From contig NC_057753.1 in the NCBI RefSeq assembly GCF_004010195.1, forward strand, positions 11,344,049 through 11,408,048: 64,000 bases of DNA. Direction: 5' to 3'. The DNA comes from Chiloscyllium plagiosum (lineage: Eukaryota). Each line of letters begins with the position of its first letter. The stretch's first letter is position 1. Under the pieces are notes generated by a model that searched no databases, was not told the origin of the DNA, and saw only the letters and a list, made by a program, of their open reading frames with translations. Shown here in pieces: positions 22,880 through 35,589 of this stretch. The position numbers were made by a program, and so were the translations under genes.

Positions 22880-25800
22880 CCAAAGTATGGGATCTGGTAA
22901 TATTGCCATCTCTGATCATGCTCCAGTGTACCTCATGGTTAAGATTAAGGATGTTACAGTGGATTCAAGGTACTGGCGAATGGACCCCTTTATTCTCATG
23001 GACAGTAAGTTTGTGGAGTATTTTTCTAGGGAATTTCGGGCATTCCTAGACATAGGCTCGGTTGATAGCTCATCTGTTCTCTGGGAAACTGCCAAAGCTT
23101 ATGCCAGGGGGTTAGTTATTTCATATTCCACAAGTAGGAAGCGGCAGAAGGGTGAGCAGCAACGTCTCCTTGAAGCAAGGTTGAAGGCAGCTGAGAAGGC
23201 CAATTTTGACAGACCCTCGTTGGTCAAACTACAGAGGATTACGGCACTGCGGTCTGCACTAAATTTCGTGCACATGCAGATGGCAAAGAAGGAGCTGGCT
23301 TTTGAAAAGCAAAGGTTATATGAGCATGGTGACAAGCCAGGCAAATAATTAGCGTACCTTGCCAGAAAGAGAAATGCCCCACAAACCATTACAGCGATTA
23401 GGGAAGGGTCTGGGAACCTGACATGTGATTCTAAAAAGATTAATGTGGCGTTCCAGAGATTCTACTCTAAGTTATATCTGTCTGAGAATTGTGAGGAGGG
23501 ACAGGCCAAAATGGAATCCTTTTTTTAGAGATCTGAAGCTCCCGGGTATGACTCCCGAACAACAGTCCTTTCTCAATGCCCCATTATCACAGCAAGAAGT
23601 GCAGGAAGCTGTGAGGCAGCTTCAGAATGGAAAGGTGCCCGGTCCTGATGGACTTCCCAGTGAATTCTATAAGGAATTTATAAGTATACTGTCAGGCCCG
23701 ATGCTGAATATGTTTACTGATTCATACAGTCCTGGTTGTCTCCCACCATCTCTGAGAGAGGCCAATATTTCACTTATTCTTAAAAAAGGGAAGGATCCGG
23801 AAGACTGTGCTTCGTACAGGCCCATCTCGCTGTTAAATGTGGACTTTAAGATCCTCTGTAAGGCTCTAGCGTTAAGGCTGGAGACTGTGTTGCCCTCTAT
23901 TATTAAAGAGGATCAGACGGGCTTCATAAAGGGTCGCAGATCTTCTAATAACGTTAGGAGGCTGCTTAACGTAATTCAAGCCTGCCAACAGCAGTCAATA
24001 CAGGGATTGGTGATTTCTTTAGATGCAGAGAAGGCATTTGACCGAGTTGAGTGGCCATACCTTTTCTATACTCTAGACCGGTTTGGTCTGGGCGAAGTTT
24101 TCAAAAGATGGGTAAAGGTTCTCTACAGTGTACCTCTCGCTGCGGTAATTACCAACGGGGTACGATCAAGCAATTTTAATATTTCTCGGGGCAGCAGGCA
24201 GGACTGTCCCCTTTCACCATTATTTTTTACGTTGGTGATTGAACCGTTGGCAGAGGCCATTCGTGGGGATCTCAATATATCAGCTCCAGAAGTGGGGTCA
24301 AAATTACATAAGATCTCGCTGTATGCAGACGATGTTCTAATTTTCTTGACAAATCCATAAGTTTCAGCTGATACAATGCATTCACACGTTTGGTGCTTTT
24401 TCAGGGTATAAGATTAATTTTGCTAAATCAGAGGCTTTGCCTATGGGTGGTCTTACGAAAGACATGGCTCTTGAGAGTGACTATAGATTCCCATTTAGAT
24501 GGTCACAGGGGGGTTTTGTGTATTTGGGCATATTCATTTCTCCAGGGCTTCATTCCTGAAGAAGGGCTTATGCCCGAAACGTCGATTCCCCTGTTCCTTG
24601 GAAGCTGCCTGACCTGCTGCGCTTTTCCAGCAACACATTTTCAGCTCTGATCTCCAGCATCTGCAGTCCTCACTTTCTCCTCGGACATTAAAAATTACCA
24701 ATTAAGCTCGCTTTTAACCTACGTGAGTGATTGGGTTTGTGGGGACCCTTTTTCAATATGGCTAGATATCGAAGCCTCCCAGGCAAGGTGCCCCCTTACC
24801 AGTTTGCTGTTTTTGGACAAGATGAGTTAGGAAATATTGCCATAACCCAATAGTCATCAATACTGTTAAAGCATGGAGGGCAATTCGGCAGAGGGAACGC
24901 AATATTGGCAAAACATCTTTGTTTACACCTTTAGTGGGTATGCCGGGTTTTCAACCGGGTATGATAGATTCAGGATTTAAACGTTGGGCAGCTAGGAGTA
25001 TATCTTACATGGAGTATATCTTACATATATCATTCCTGAAGAAGGGCTTATGCCCGAAACATCAATTCTCTTGTTCCCTGGATGCTGCCTGACCTGCTGC
25101 GCTTTTCCAGCAACACATTTCCAGCTCTGTATATCTTACATGGGTGATTTATTTGAAGGAGATATAATGATGTCCTTCGATCAGTTAGTACGGAAGTACG
25201 AGTTACCTAATAGAGACCTCTTTCGTTTTTTTCAAGTTAGGGATTTTATTCAAAAAAAGACCACACTTTTGACTGATCCCTACAAATCTGACATAGGAAG
25301 AGGGGTACTAAGGGCTAAGAGTACACCCTCTGTCAGTACTTTATATCACCAATTGGGGGGTGCCACCTCAGATGAGTCTGATCGACTGTGCAAGATGTGG
25401 GAAAGACAGCTGGGTGTTGAAGTTTCTTCAGAGGCATGGGAGGATATTTGGGAGAATGCAAGGAAGATATCAATTTGCAATAGGACCCATGTTTTACAGT
25501 TGAAGATTCTCCACTTAGCCCCAGACTGTTTGTCAAAATTTAAACCAGGGGTATCTTCAGCATGTCGCAAGTGCAAGGTCTGCACGAGTACTCCTACCCA
25601 TTGTCTTTGGTCTTGTGACAGGCTTCAAACATATTGGAGCGCTGTGGTGGGTGCAATGGGGAGGATTTTAGGTTAGGGGTGGAGAAGGACCCTATTTCGC
25701 TCCTTTTGGGCCTACCCATTGTATTTCCTGCAGACTCGCATAAGAAAAAACCTTTCAATATTCTTACGTTCTGTGCAAGGAAGAATATCTTGCTCGGTTG

Positions 25801-26312
25801 GATATCCGAAAACCCCCCAGGCCTGTCAGGTTGGCGGAAGATTGTTATGGAGCATATTCCCCTGGATTTTCTCACAAGTATGGTACACCACAAAACTGAA
25901 AATTTTTACAAGACATGGCAACCCTTTTTGAAATACCTGGACACAGATTTATCTGCCACACTAACAAGGGCTTTTATATAGCCGTAACGATTGTGTTTCA
26001 TGAGTCCAATATCCAGGGAGGAGGAACTGTGAATGTATGAGTGTTTTGTTTGGCTGGGCTGAGTTAGTACTATTTATTTGTTTGTTGTTAGGTATTTATT
26101 TATTTAGTTAAATAGCTAGTTTAGTTTTTTAAAAATTTTATACTTCTCTATATATGTTTATACATTCGTATAGGAGGGTGGGTTGGGGAATTTTTTTATT
26201 ATTTGGGTTTAGTTTTGTACTATTTTTGTACTGTTTTGAATTGCATTGTTTTGTATTTGTTGTAATATTTAAAAATCTATTTTTTCCTAAATAAAAATAT
26301 ATTATAAAAAAA
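22880..26312 (+). mobile_element. 5'-truncated, disrupted L1-clade LINE ORF2 with 3' UTR and A-rich tail
   Basis: ISDHAPV (endonuclease end); PGPDG, YRPISLLN, LDAEKAFDRV, YADD (RT); C-x2-C...H..W.C C-terminal motif. Stops and frameshifts, plus two hammerhead cassettes inserted at ~24550 and ~25030. Confidence 0.92.
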
Positions 26313-27084
26313 GGCTGTGATTAAAATACAACCAAAGAGAGGAATTTAGGATAACACCACAGACTGGAAACTTAATAGACACACAGTAACTGTTACTAAC
26401 TATGTATTCTGATACAGTAACGTCCCATTAAACACACACCCTTTGACAAAAAGGCAATTCCAACACAGATTTTCACATCAAGTTCTCCAGGAGGAACAAA
26501 CCAACAAGAGCAAATTCAGAGAGAGTAGCAGTCAAGAGACATGCACTGAAGCTTCCAACTCCTCCTGCTTAAGGCAAAAATCTAAAATAAAAGTAGAAAA
26601 TGTGGTCTGAGTGTGCTGGCCACACCCAAGCTGTTCCCATTGGTCCATTCTGAATTTTGTGGTTGTGCTGGCCTCCACCACTTCCTCTAGTGGTTCGTTT
26701 TGGGTGGTGGGGAGGGGGAGTGGGGGTTGCCCATTGTGTCCCTTTTGCGTCTTTCCTCTCTGGCATTGGATCCACACCCCATGGTTCTGGACTCCTCCAT
26801 TCTGGGGGGGGGGGGGGGGAAAGGACCTTAATTATTCATCCACACCCCTCATGATTTTGTAAACCTGTATAAGGTCACCCCTCTTCTTGTAAATCTCATT
26901 CATAAACCGTATTGAAAAGCCAAAGATTTGTCAACGTCTAACCGACAGATATCCAGCTCCCAAAATAGCCTCTAATATTAATTTCCATCAGAAAGTGGTG
27001 ATGCCAAGGCCATGTCTTGCTCCCTCTGGGGTAGGGACTTGGCCACTTCATCCTGCCGATGGGTGTATGAATTGTAGAAGAATC

Positions 27085-27385
27085 ATAGAATCTCTACAGT
27101 GTGGAAACAGGCCCTTTGGCCCAACAATCCATACTGATCCTCTGAAGAGTAACCCACCCAAACCCATTCTCCTATCTTATTGTTCTACATTTAACCCTGA
27201 CTAATGCACCGCACCTACACATCCTTGAACACAATGGGACAATTAAGTATGGCCAATTCACCCTAACTAGCACATCTTTGGGTTGAGGGAGGGAACTAGA
27301 GCATTCGGAGGAAACCCACACAGACACGGGGGATAACTTGCAAATGGCACACAGTCGGTTCGAGGGAGGAATCGAACTCGGACTC
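27085..27385 (-). mobile_element. Degenerate HE1-type SINE
   Basis: Reverse-complement HE1 tail and core. Confidence 0.75.
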
Positions 27386-29492
27386 GGCTACCAATCAAGA
27401 CCCTGGCAATTTCCACTTACTTCCAGCCTCTTGTCTCAAACGCCACTGGAATTGAAAGATTCCCTCTGAAATTTTATTTCACGTCAGTTCCGAACTTCAC
27501 TGTCGGTCAATGAATCTCTGTTCCCATTGTTACAATTCTGACAACCTTACAGAGGGGAGGGAGAAACTGGAGCCAATCCTTACATGGTCTAGATTTATTT
27601 CCAGAGCAAAACATGACAGGTGTATGCCAATTACGCCAGTTCATGCTGTGTCGGTCGGTTGCCCTTAGTATGATCAACCTTACCCATGTCGTCTTTTTCC
27701 CCAGGGATGGGGAATTGAAGACTAGAGGGGATCGGTTTGTGGTGAGAGGGGAAAGACTCAGGAAGGACCTGAAGGACAATCTCTTCACGCAGACGGTGAT
27801 ATGTGAAGTGGGTTGTCAGAGAAAGTGGTTGAGGCAGGTACAATAACAACATTTAAAAGGTATATGGATGGGTTTTTGGATCATAGAATCTCTACAGTGT
27901 GGAAACAGGCCCTTTGGCCCAAAGCATTCACACTGACTTCTGAAGAGTATCCCACCCAGACCCATTCCCCTATTACTCTACATCTACCTCTATAAGGGTA
28001 CCCTTCAGTTTCCACAGGAAAAACGTCCCAGTATATCCAGCCTCTCCCTATAACTCAAACTTTCCAGACCCGGTATCATCCGAGTAAATCTTTTCTGCAC
28101 CCTTTCTAGTTTAATGACATCTTTTCAATATTAGGGTGACCAGAACTGCAGGCAGTACTCTGAAAGTGGCCTCACCAACGTCTTGTAAAGCTGCAATAAG
28201 ATGTCCCAACTCCTGTACTCAATAAATACCAAGAAAACTGTACACTGGAAATCAGAAACAAAAACAGAAGCTGCTGAAAAAGCTCAGCAGGTCTACCAGC
28301 ACCTGTGGAGAGAAATCAGAGTTAACGTTTTGGGTCCAGTTTTGAGGAATGGTCACCGGACCCGAAACGTAAACTCTGATTTCTCTCCACGGGATGGTCC
28401 TACATTCAGCGCTCTGACCAGTGAAAGCAAGCATGCCGAAAGCCGTCTTTGCCGCCCTGTCTACCTCTGAGTCCACATTCAAAGAACTATACACCTGCAC
28501 CTCTAGGTCTCTAACAATTCATGTGTACATCCTGCCCCGGTTTGATCACCAAAATGCAACACGTTGCATTGATCTAAACTCCATCTACCATTCCTCAGTC
28601 CATGGCCCAGTTAGATTCATAGAGTAAGACAGCATGGAAACAGGCCCTTCGGTCCAAACTGGTCCATGGTGCCCACCCAGCTAGTTCCAATTAGAGTCAT
28701 AGAGATATACAGCGCAGAAGTAGACCCCATGTGTTAATGGTAGCTCTGCAACTTTGAGCCAGTCCACCCTTGTAAAGAAACTTAATGGAGATGAATGACT
28801 TTGATTTTTTTTAAAAATCTTGTCATCTCTCACAACAACTAGAGTTAGTAATCAGCTCCTTCTCTGATTTTATTCAAACTTATGGAGAGGTTTGGTTCAG
28901 TCTAAAGCTTTGGATACTTAACTGAATTCTGTTGGAATCTGACGTAAGTTATTAAGATTTCTTTGCTTCTGGCTGAAGGTTGCTGCGAGTGCCTCAGCCT
29001 GATCTTTTTGTGCTGATGTGCTGGGGTCTTCCATCATTGAGGATGGGGTTATTGGTGGAAGCCACCTCCTCCAATGAGTTGGTTAATTGTCCGCCACCAT
29101 TCATGACTGAATGGGGCAGGACTGCAGAGCTTAGATCTGATCCATTGGTTGTATTATTATTCACAATTTATACTGATGGTTTGGAGTTGGGGGCCATGGG
29201 TCGCAGGTCAAAGTTTGCAGGTGACACTAAGAAGAGTGGCAGAGTAAAATGTGCAGAGGACTGTGAAACTTTGCAGAGGAACATAGATGCTTTGAGTGAG
29301 TGGGCAAAGGGATACAATGTTAATAAATATGAAGTCATCCATTTTGATCGGAATAACAGTAATGACTTGATGGTAAAGAGTTGCAGCATGCTGCTGTGCA
29401 GAGGGACCTGCGTGTCCTTGTGCATGAATCAGAGGGTTGGTCTGCAGGTGCAACAGGTAATTAAGATGACAAATGGAATATTGTCCTTCATT

Positions 29493-30760
29493 AGAACATA
29501 GAACAATAAAGCACAGGACAGGCCCTTCGGCCCACGATGTTGTGCCGAACATTTGTCCTAGCTTAAGCACCTATCTATGTACCTATCCAATTGCCGCTTA
29601 AAGGTCACCAATGATTCTGACTCTGCCACTCCCACAGGCAGCGCATTCCATGCCCCCGCCACTCTCTGGGTAAAGAACCCACCCTTGACATCCCCCCTAT
29701 AGCTTCCACCCTTCACCTTAAATTTGTGTTCCCTTGTAACACTCTGTTGTGCCCGGGGAAAAAGGTTCTGACTGTCTACTGTATCTATTCCCCTGATCAT
29801 CTTATAAACCTCTATCAAGTCACCCCTCATCCTTCGCCGTTCCAATGAGAAAAGGCCTAGCACTCTCAACCTATCCTCGTACGACCTATTCTCCATTCCA
29901 GGCATCCACCTGAGTGGCAACTTTCAAAGAGCTACGAACATAGACCCCAAGATCCCTCTGCTCCTCCATCTTACTAAGAACCCTACCATTAACGCTGTAT
30001 TCCGCATTCTTATTTGTCCCTCCAAAATGGACAAACTCACACTTGACAGGGTTGAACTCCATCTGCCGCTCCTCAGCCCAGCTTTGCATCATATCTAAAT
30101 CCCTTTGCAGCCGACAACAGCCCTCCTCACTATCCACAACTCCACCAATCTTCGTATCGTCTGCAAATTTACTGACCCACCCTTCGACTCCCTCTTCCAA
30201 ATCATTAATAAACATTACAAACAGCAGAGGACTCAGAACTGATCCCTGCAGAACTCCACTTGTAACTGGGCTCCAGGCTGAATATTTACCATCTACCACC
30301 AAACTCTGACTTCGACCGGTTATCCAACTGGCCAAATTTCCCACTATCCCATGCCTCCTGACTTTCCGCATAAGGAAAGGCCTAGCACTCTCAACCTATC
30401 CTCATACGACCTATTCTCCAGTCCAGGCAACATCCTGGTAAATCTCCTCTGCACCCTCTCCAAAGGATTATTAAAGGGATTGAGTTTAAAAGCAGAGAGG
30501 TTATGTCAGCCATTCCGACAATCAAGTCCACGCCAGCCCCTCTGAACAGCGTGCCACCCTTCACCTTAAATTTATGTCCCCTTGTAACACTCTGTTGTAC
30601 CCGGGAAAAAGTCTGACTGTCAACTGTATCTACTCCCCCTGATCATCTTATAAACCTCTATCAAGTCACCCCTCATCCTTTGCCGTTCTAATGAGAAAAG
30701 GCCTAGCACTCTCAACCTATCCTCATACGACCTAGTCTCCATTCCAGGCAACATCTTACA
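29493..30760 (-). mobile_element. Rearranged CR1-type LINE RT/3' fragments
   Basis: VLQGSVLSPLLF, SKFADDTK (29886-30371); [15 protein letters not shown] (29558-29920). Confidence 0.88.
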
Positions 30761-32149
30761 GATCCACCCTACCCATTCCAGCTATTTCTGCTGGTGGGTG
30801 AGACCAGGATATGGGGTATAGGCCTCAAGATTGGGGGAGTAGATTTGGACAGAGATGAGGAGGAACTGCTTTTCCTGGAGAGTAGTAAATCTTTGGAATT
30901 CTCTGCCCAAGGAAGCGGTAGAGACAACTTCGTTAAGTATATTCAAGACACAGTTGGATGAGGTTTTTGCATAGTAGGGGAATTAAGGGTAGTTGAGATA
31001 GTGCAGATAGGACGAGCTGAGACAATGAATCAATCAGGCATGATCTTAATGTACGGCAGAGCAGGTTCAATGGGCCAAATAGCCTACTCCTATTACTGTG
31101 AACTCTAACCCTGCATTTCCCATGGCTAACCTGTATATGCCCGGACACAATGGGCAGTTTAGCATGGCCAATCGGAATGGAGGCCGGTAAGCGATGTAGT
31201 GATGTGGAAAATGAATGTCAGGAAACGATAGGGACAAGGAGGATAAATGTACCGGCAATCGAAGCTGGATTGAAACGATCATTTAAAAAAAAACTAAAAT
31301 CTCAGTATCTGAATATGTGCTGCATTTTAACAAAACTGAATGATTTGATTGCATACATTGAATTATGATCTGAGACTCCTTACAGGATGACAAGGATTGG
31401 ATCCTGAATATCGAGGGGGTACGTGCCATTCAAGTCGAATAGGAAGCTAGGTAAAGGTAGAGAGTTGGCACTGCTAATCAAAGCACTGATAACATGGTGG
31501 TATTGCCCTCTCACCCTAAACTAATGCCCCCTGGTTTTGGACTACCCCCCCCCCCCCAACCTGGGGAAAAGACCTTGCCTATTTCCCCTATCCGTCCCAC
31601 TCATGATTTTATAAATCTCTTCACGTCTACCCTCTGCCTCTGATGGCCAAGGGACAACAGCCCCATCCTATTCAGTCTCGCCTTATACCACAAACGTCCA
31701 ACCCTGGCGACTTCCTTATCAATCTTTTCAAGTTTTACGATATCTTTCCTATCCGGTAGGAGGGTGACCAGAATCGAATGCAATATTCCAAAAGTGGCCG
31801 AACCAATATCCTGCACAGCTGCAACATGACCTCCCAACTCCTACACTCAATGCATTCAATGGGCCAAGTGGCCTCTTTCTGCACTGCAGAGGTTTTATGA
31901 TTTTAATTGATGTAAAATGTCGACTTATGTAAAATATAAATTGCTTCATATGATGTAGGTTGCTGTATTTCTTGTCATTGATTTTATTTAAAAAGGTCAG
32001 CATTCAGCAACTTTACCAGCTTTCTTTTCTCAAGTAGCTTTGAGAAAAGTAATGGACCCAGCGCCGATCCTTATGTTGCACACTGGTCACAGGCCTCCAG
32101 TCTAAAAAGCACCCTTCCACCACCACCCTCTGTCTTCTACCTTTGAGCC

Positions 32150-32820
32150 AGAACTTGCAGAACTATTTTTGCAGATACATTTAATTTTGCTCGAAGTGCA
32201 CAATCTGCAGGCAGTCAATCCATTAATATTTTATAAATTCCTACTTTGGAAGTAGAACCAGTCTGACTCAACATTAGGAGAGAGACAGGCTCTAACCTCA
32301 CACCTTTAATACATCGCCTGAGCTGAAATGTCATCTTCAAGTTACGTCGAGAACGTTACCTTTAAGTAGTTCTGGGATTTACATATTAATGAACCAAAAC
32401 CCACAACCCATTCTAAAAGATGAAAGATGTAACAGCAATCTAGATTTGTTCAATTCAGTTGTCTGACATTAATTTTTTGCTACAAATTCTATGTCTTGTG
32501 ATCCTGCTCCACAGCTACCTGATGAAGGAGCAGCCCTCCGAAAGCTAGTGCTCCCAAATAACACCAGGTTATATTCCAACACATTTGTATGATTTTTAAC
32601 TTTGTTGCTCGTGAACACAGCCCACACCTCCCGCTGATGCCAGTAACCTTTACAATGCTGATGAAATGATGCAAAGATGAAAAACTTAAGTTTTAATTTT
32701 AATCCTGTGTCTTACGATCCTGCTCCACAGCTACCCAATGAAGGAGCAATGCTCCAAAACCTAGTGCTTCCAAATAAACCTGTTGAACCATAACCTGATG
32801 TTGTGTGACTTTTAATCTTT
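32150..32820 (+). mobile_element. Penelope-like 3' end with tandem pseudo-LTRs
   Basis: Mirror of 15265-15760. Intact hammerhead core at 32519-32547 and a degenerate second copy at ~32735. Confidence 0.7.
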
Positions 32821-33641
32821 GTTTCTCGGGAATATAACCCACACCTTCTGCCGCTGCCAGTAAACCTTACAATGCTGATGAAACAATGAACCTGCACTCC
32901 AGAAAAATTGACAATTTCTCAGGATTCTAGCTACTCATTCACTGCTCCTTCTGATACATGACATTGGAAAATTGGTGCTGGAGGTTGAAAGAAATTAGCA
33001 GCTTTAAAGAAACAAAAAACCTGTTGGATCTCACAGCTTTCAATGAGAGTCAGAGTCCGACAATGAATTCAAGTAACCTTTATTGCGACCCAATTTCATT
33101 ACAGCTTCAGATTTTCCCAGAAAAAAAAGGCGCACGAAAGCTAGCATTTTTTTTTAAAATAAAGCTCAAGGTCAAAGTGCACACACTCCCCATTCCCCCA
33201 ATTTCTTTACTATTGGTCAGCACCAAATGATCCCTTTGTTATTGGATCCTTGGTACAGCCTTCACCTGCAGGAAGTATTGCCTCACTCAGTAATTTCAGC
33301 CTACATACTGTATACAAGTTAGTTTCTCTAGCTCATTTGCAGGAGGGGGAGCTGCAATCAAGAGTCAACCACACTGCTGTGGGACTGGAGTCACACATAG
33401 GCCAGACTGGGTATAGGATGCAGCCGGGATGACTGAGTGAATCCTTTCCTGCAACAGCGGTTTCATTCTCTAAAAAGAACATGAGTGAATAAGATGCGTC
33501 TTTTCTTCCCCTGAAAATGGTTTCATTGATTCGGAACTGCAGATTTCAATTGCGCCATCTGCCATGGTGGGATTCGAACCTCGGACCTCCCCAGAACTGG
33601 GTTGAAAGTCTAATCGAAAATGGCACTTGTCCGTCGCTCCT

Positions 33642-35003
33642 TCAATTTCCCTGCGATGGCGCGTGAACTCGCTGGTGTCTCTGGAGGTGGGAGGAGCGGG
33701 TGAAGCCTTTTCCGCACACGGAGCAGGTGAATGGCCTCTCCCCGGTGTGGACCCGCTGGTGAGTCAGCAGGCTGGAAGAATTGATAAATCCCTTCCCACA
33801 CACGGGGCAGGTGAACGGCCTCTCCCCTGTGTGGACTCGCTCATGCTGCCGTAAATTGCCCACATGACTGAAGCCCTTCCCGCACACAGAGCAGGTGAAC
33901 GGCCTCTCCCCGGTGTGGACCCGCCAGTGGGTCTGCAGGCCAGAAGAATCAAGGAATCCCTTCCCGCACTCTGGGCAGGTGAATGGCCTCTCCCCGGTGT
34001 GGACCCGCTGGTGGGTCAGCAGCCCGGAAGAATCAAGGAATCCCTTCCCGCACTCTGGGCAAGTGAACGGCCTCTCCCCGGTGTGGACCCGCTGGTGGGT
34101 CAGCAGCCCGGAAGAATCAAGGAATCCCTTCCCGCACTCTGGGCAGGTGAATGGCCTCTCCCCGGTGTGGACCCGACGGTGGGTCTGCAGGCCAGAAGAA
34201 TCAAGGAATCCCTTCCCGCACTCTGGGCAAGTGAACGGCCTCTCCCCCGTGTGGACCCGCTCGTGATTCCGCAAGTTGCGCAGATGATGGAATCTCTTCC
34301 CACACTCGGTGCAGGTGTACGGCCTCTCCCCAGTGTGGAGCCGCTGGTGCTTCCGCAGGTCGCCCACATGACGGAAGGCCTTTCCGCACTGGGGGCAAGT
34401 GAACGGCTTCTCCCCCGTGTGGACCCGCTGGTGCATCCGCAGATTGCCGACATTACGGAATGCCTTCCCGCACTCGGGGCAGGTGAAGGGCCTCTCCCCC
34501 GTGTGGATCCGCTCGTGATTACGCAGGTCACTCATCTGACTGAACCCCTGCCCGCACTCGGGGCACCTGAAGGGCCTCTCCCCCGTGTGCACCCGCTCGT
34601 GCTTCCGCAAGTTGCTCGTACGACGGAAAGCCTTCCCGCACTCGGAGCAAGTGAACGGCCTCTCCCCAGTGTGGATCCGCTTGTGGATCAGCAGTGTAGA
34701 TGAATGAGCGAACCTCTTCCCGCATACCAAGCACGTGAAGGGCTTCTCTCCAGTGTGGACCCGCTGGTGTGCCCTCAGGTTGGAAGAATTCGCGAATCCC
34801 TTCCCGCACACTGAGCAGGTGAACGGCTTCTCCCCGGTGTGAACCCGCTGGTGTGTCTGCAGCTGAGACAACTGAATGAATCCTTTCCCGCAACAGTGGC
34901 AGACAAACGGCTTCTCCCCGGTGTGAACACGTCTGTGAATTTCCAGCACCGAAGGGGAAGGGAACCCTTTCCCACAGTCCCCACATTTCCACGGTTTCTC
35001 CAT
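33642..35003 (-). CDS. ZNF-B: tandem C2H2 zinc-finger protein, 453 aa, 16 fingers, no effector domain
   Basis: Intact ORF starting MEKPWKC. Acceptor TTTGCAG|G at 35322/35321; AATAAA at 33084-33079. 5' and 3' flanks are homologous to ZNF-A. Confidence 0.93.
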   Translation of the reverse strand: MEKPWKCGDCGKGFPSPSVLEIHRRVHTGEKPFVCHCCGKGFIQLSQLQTHQRVHTGEKPFTCSVCGKGFANSSNLRAHQRVHTGEKPFTCLVCGKRFAHSSTLLIHKRIHTGERPFTCSECGKAFRRTSNLRKHERVHTGERPFRCPECGQGFSQMSDLRNHERIHTGERPFTCPECGKAFRNVGNLRMHQRVHTGEKPFTCPQCGKAFRHVGDLRKHQRLHTGERPYTCTECGKRFHHLRNLRNHERVHTGERPFTCPECGKGFLDSSGLQTHRRVHTGERPFTCPECGKGFLDSSGLLTHQRVHTGERPFTCPECGKGFLDSSGLLTHQRVHTGERPFTCPECGKGFLDSSGLQTHWRVHTGERPFTCSVCGKGFSHVGNLRQHERVHTGERPFTCPVCGKGFINSSSLLTHQRVHTGERPFTCSVCGKGFTRSSHLQRHQRVHAPSQGN

Positions 35004-35589
35004 GGGGAGAGCTTTCCTTGTGTCACTCTGGGTTTGAAATTACAAGCAGAACGGGTACACGGTCTCTCCCCACCGTGAGGGGTGAGATTTTGATTCCCCC
35101 AAGCTGAGTAAATGGTTTGAAGCACTTTTCACAGACAGCGCACCGAATCTCCCTCACTCGGGTGTCTCCGTATTCTTCCTGCTGCACCATCTCTCAAGCA
35201 GACCAAAGCAAACATTTCCTCTCAACTTGAATGGCTGCTGATATTCAAGTTCCAATGAATCAAGGAGCTCTGTCAGAAGTTGATGGATCAATTGCTTTCA
35301 AGTTTCTTTCCGCAGGTCTTCCTGCAAATATAAATTCACAAAATAAGTGATCACTGTCAGTACAGTTAAATTAACATAATACAGGTGGCAATTCCTGTAG
35401 ATTGCCAGATGCCTGCTGATCACATTATCCAGGACACAGAAACCTGAAAACCCTCATGCAGCCAGATCGCCTTAAGTGTGTATGGAGGAAATCTTCATTT
35501 AGGTGACAATGACCTGGAATAAGCTGAATCAAGGTGTGAAAATAAAATATCAAGACTGGTTGCAGAAAGAAAGCCAGTAAAGTTGCTGA

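Noticed and set aside
23425..24360. 311-aa RT ORF as an active or domesticated gene
   Set aside because: Part of an L1 ORF2 broken by stops, frameshifts and two insertions, and 5'-truncated.
33900..34235. Regularly spaced repeats (also 39904-40012) as a possible CRISPR-like array
   Set aside because: Contiguous tandem units with no unique spacers, in eukaryotic DNA with no cas genes.
33627..34703. Long + strand ORFs (e.g. 279 aa at 33864-34703) and similar ORFs overlapping the other ZNF genes
   Set aside because: Antisense or alternate-frame shadows of the 84-bp finger repeat; no independent coding signal.
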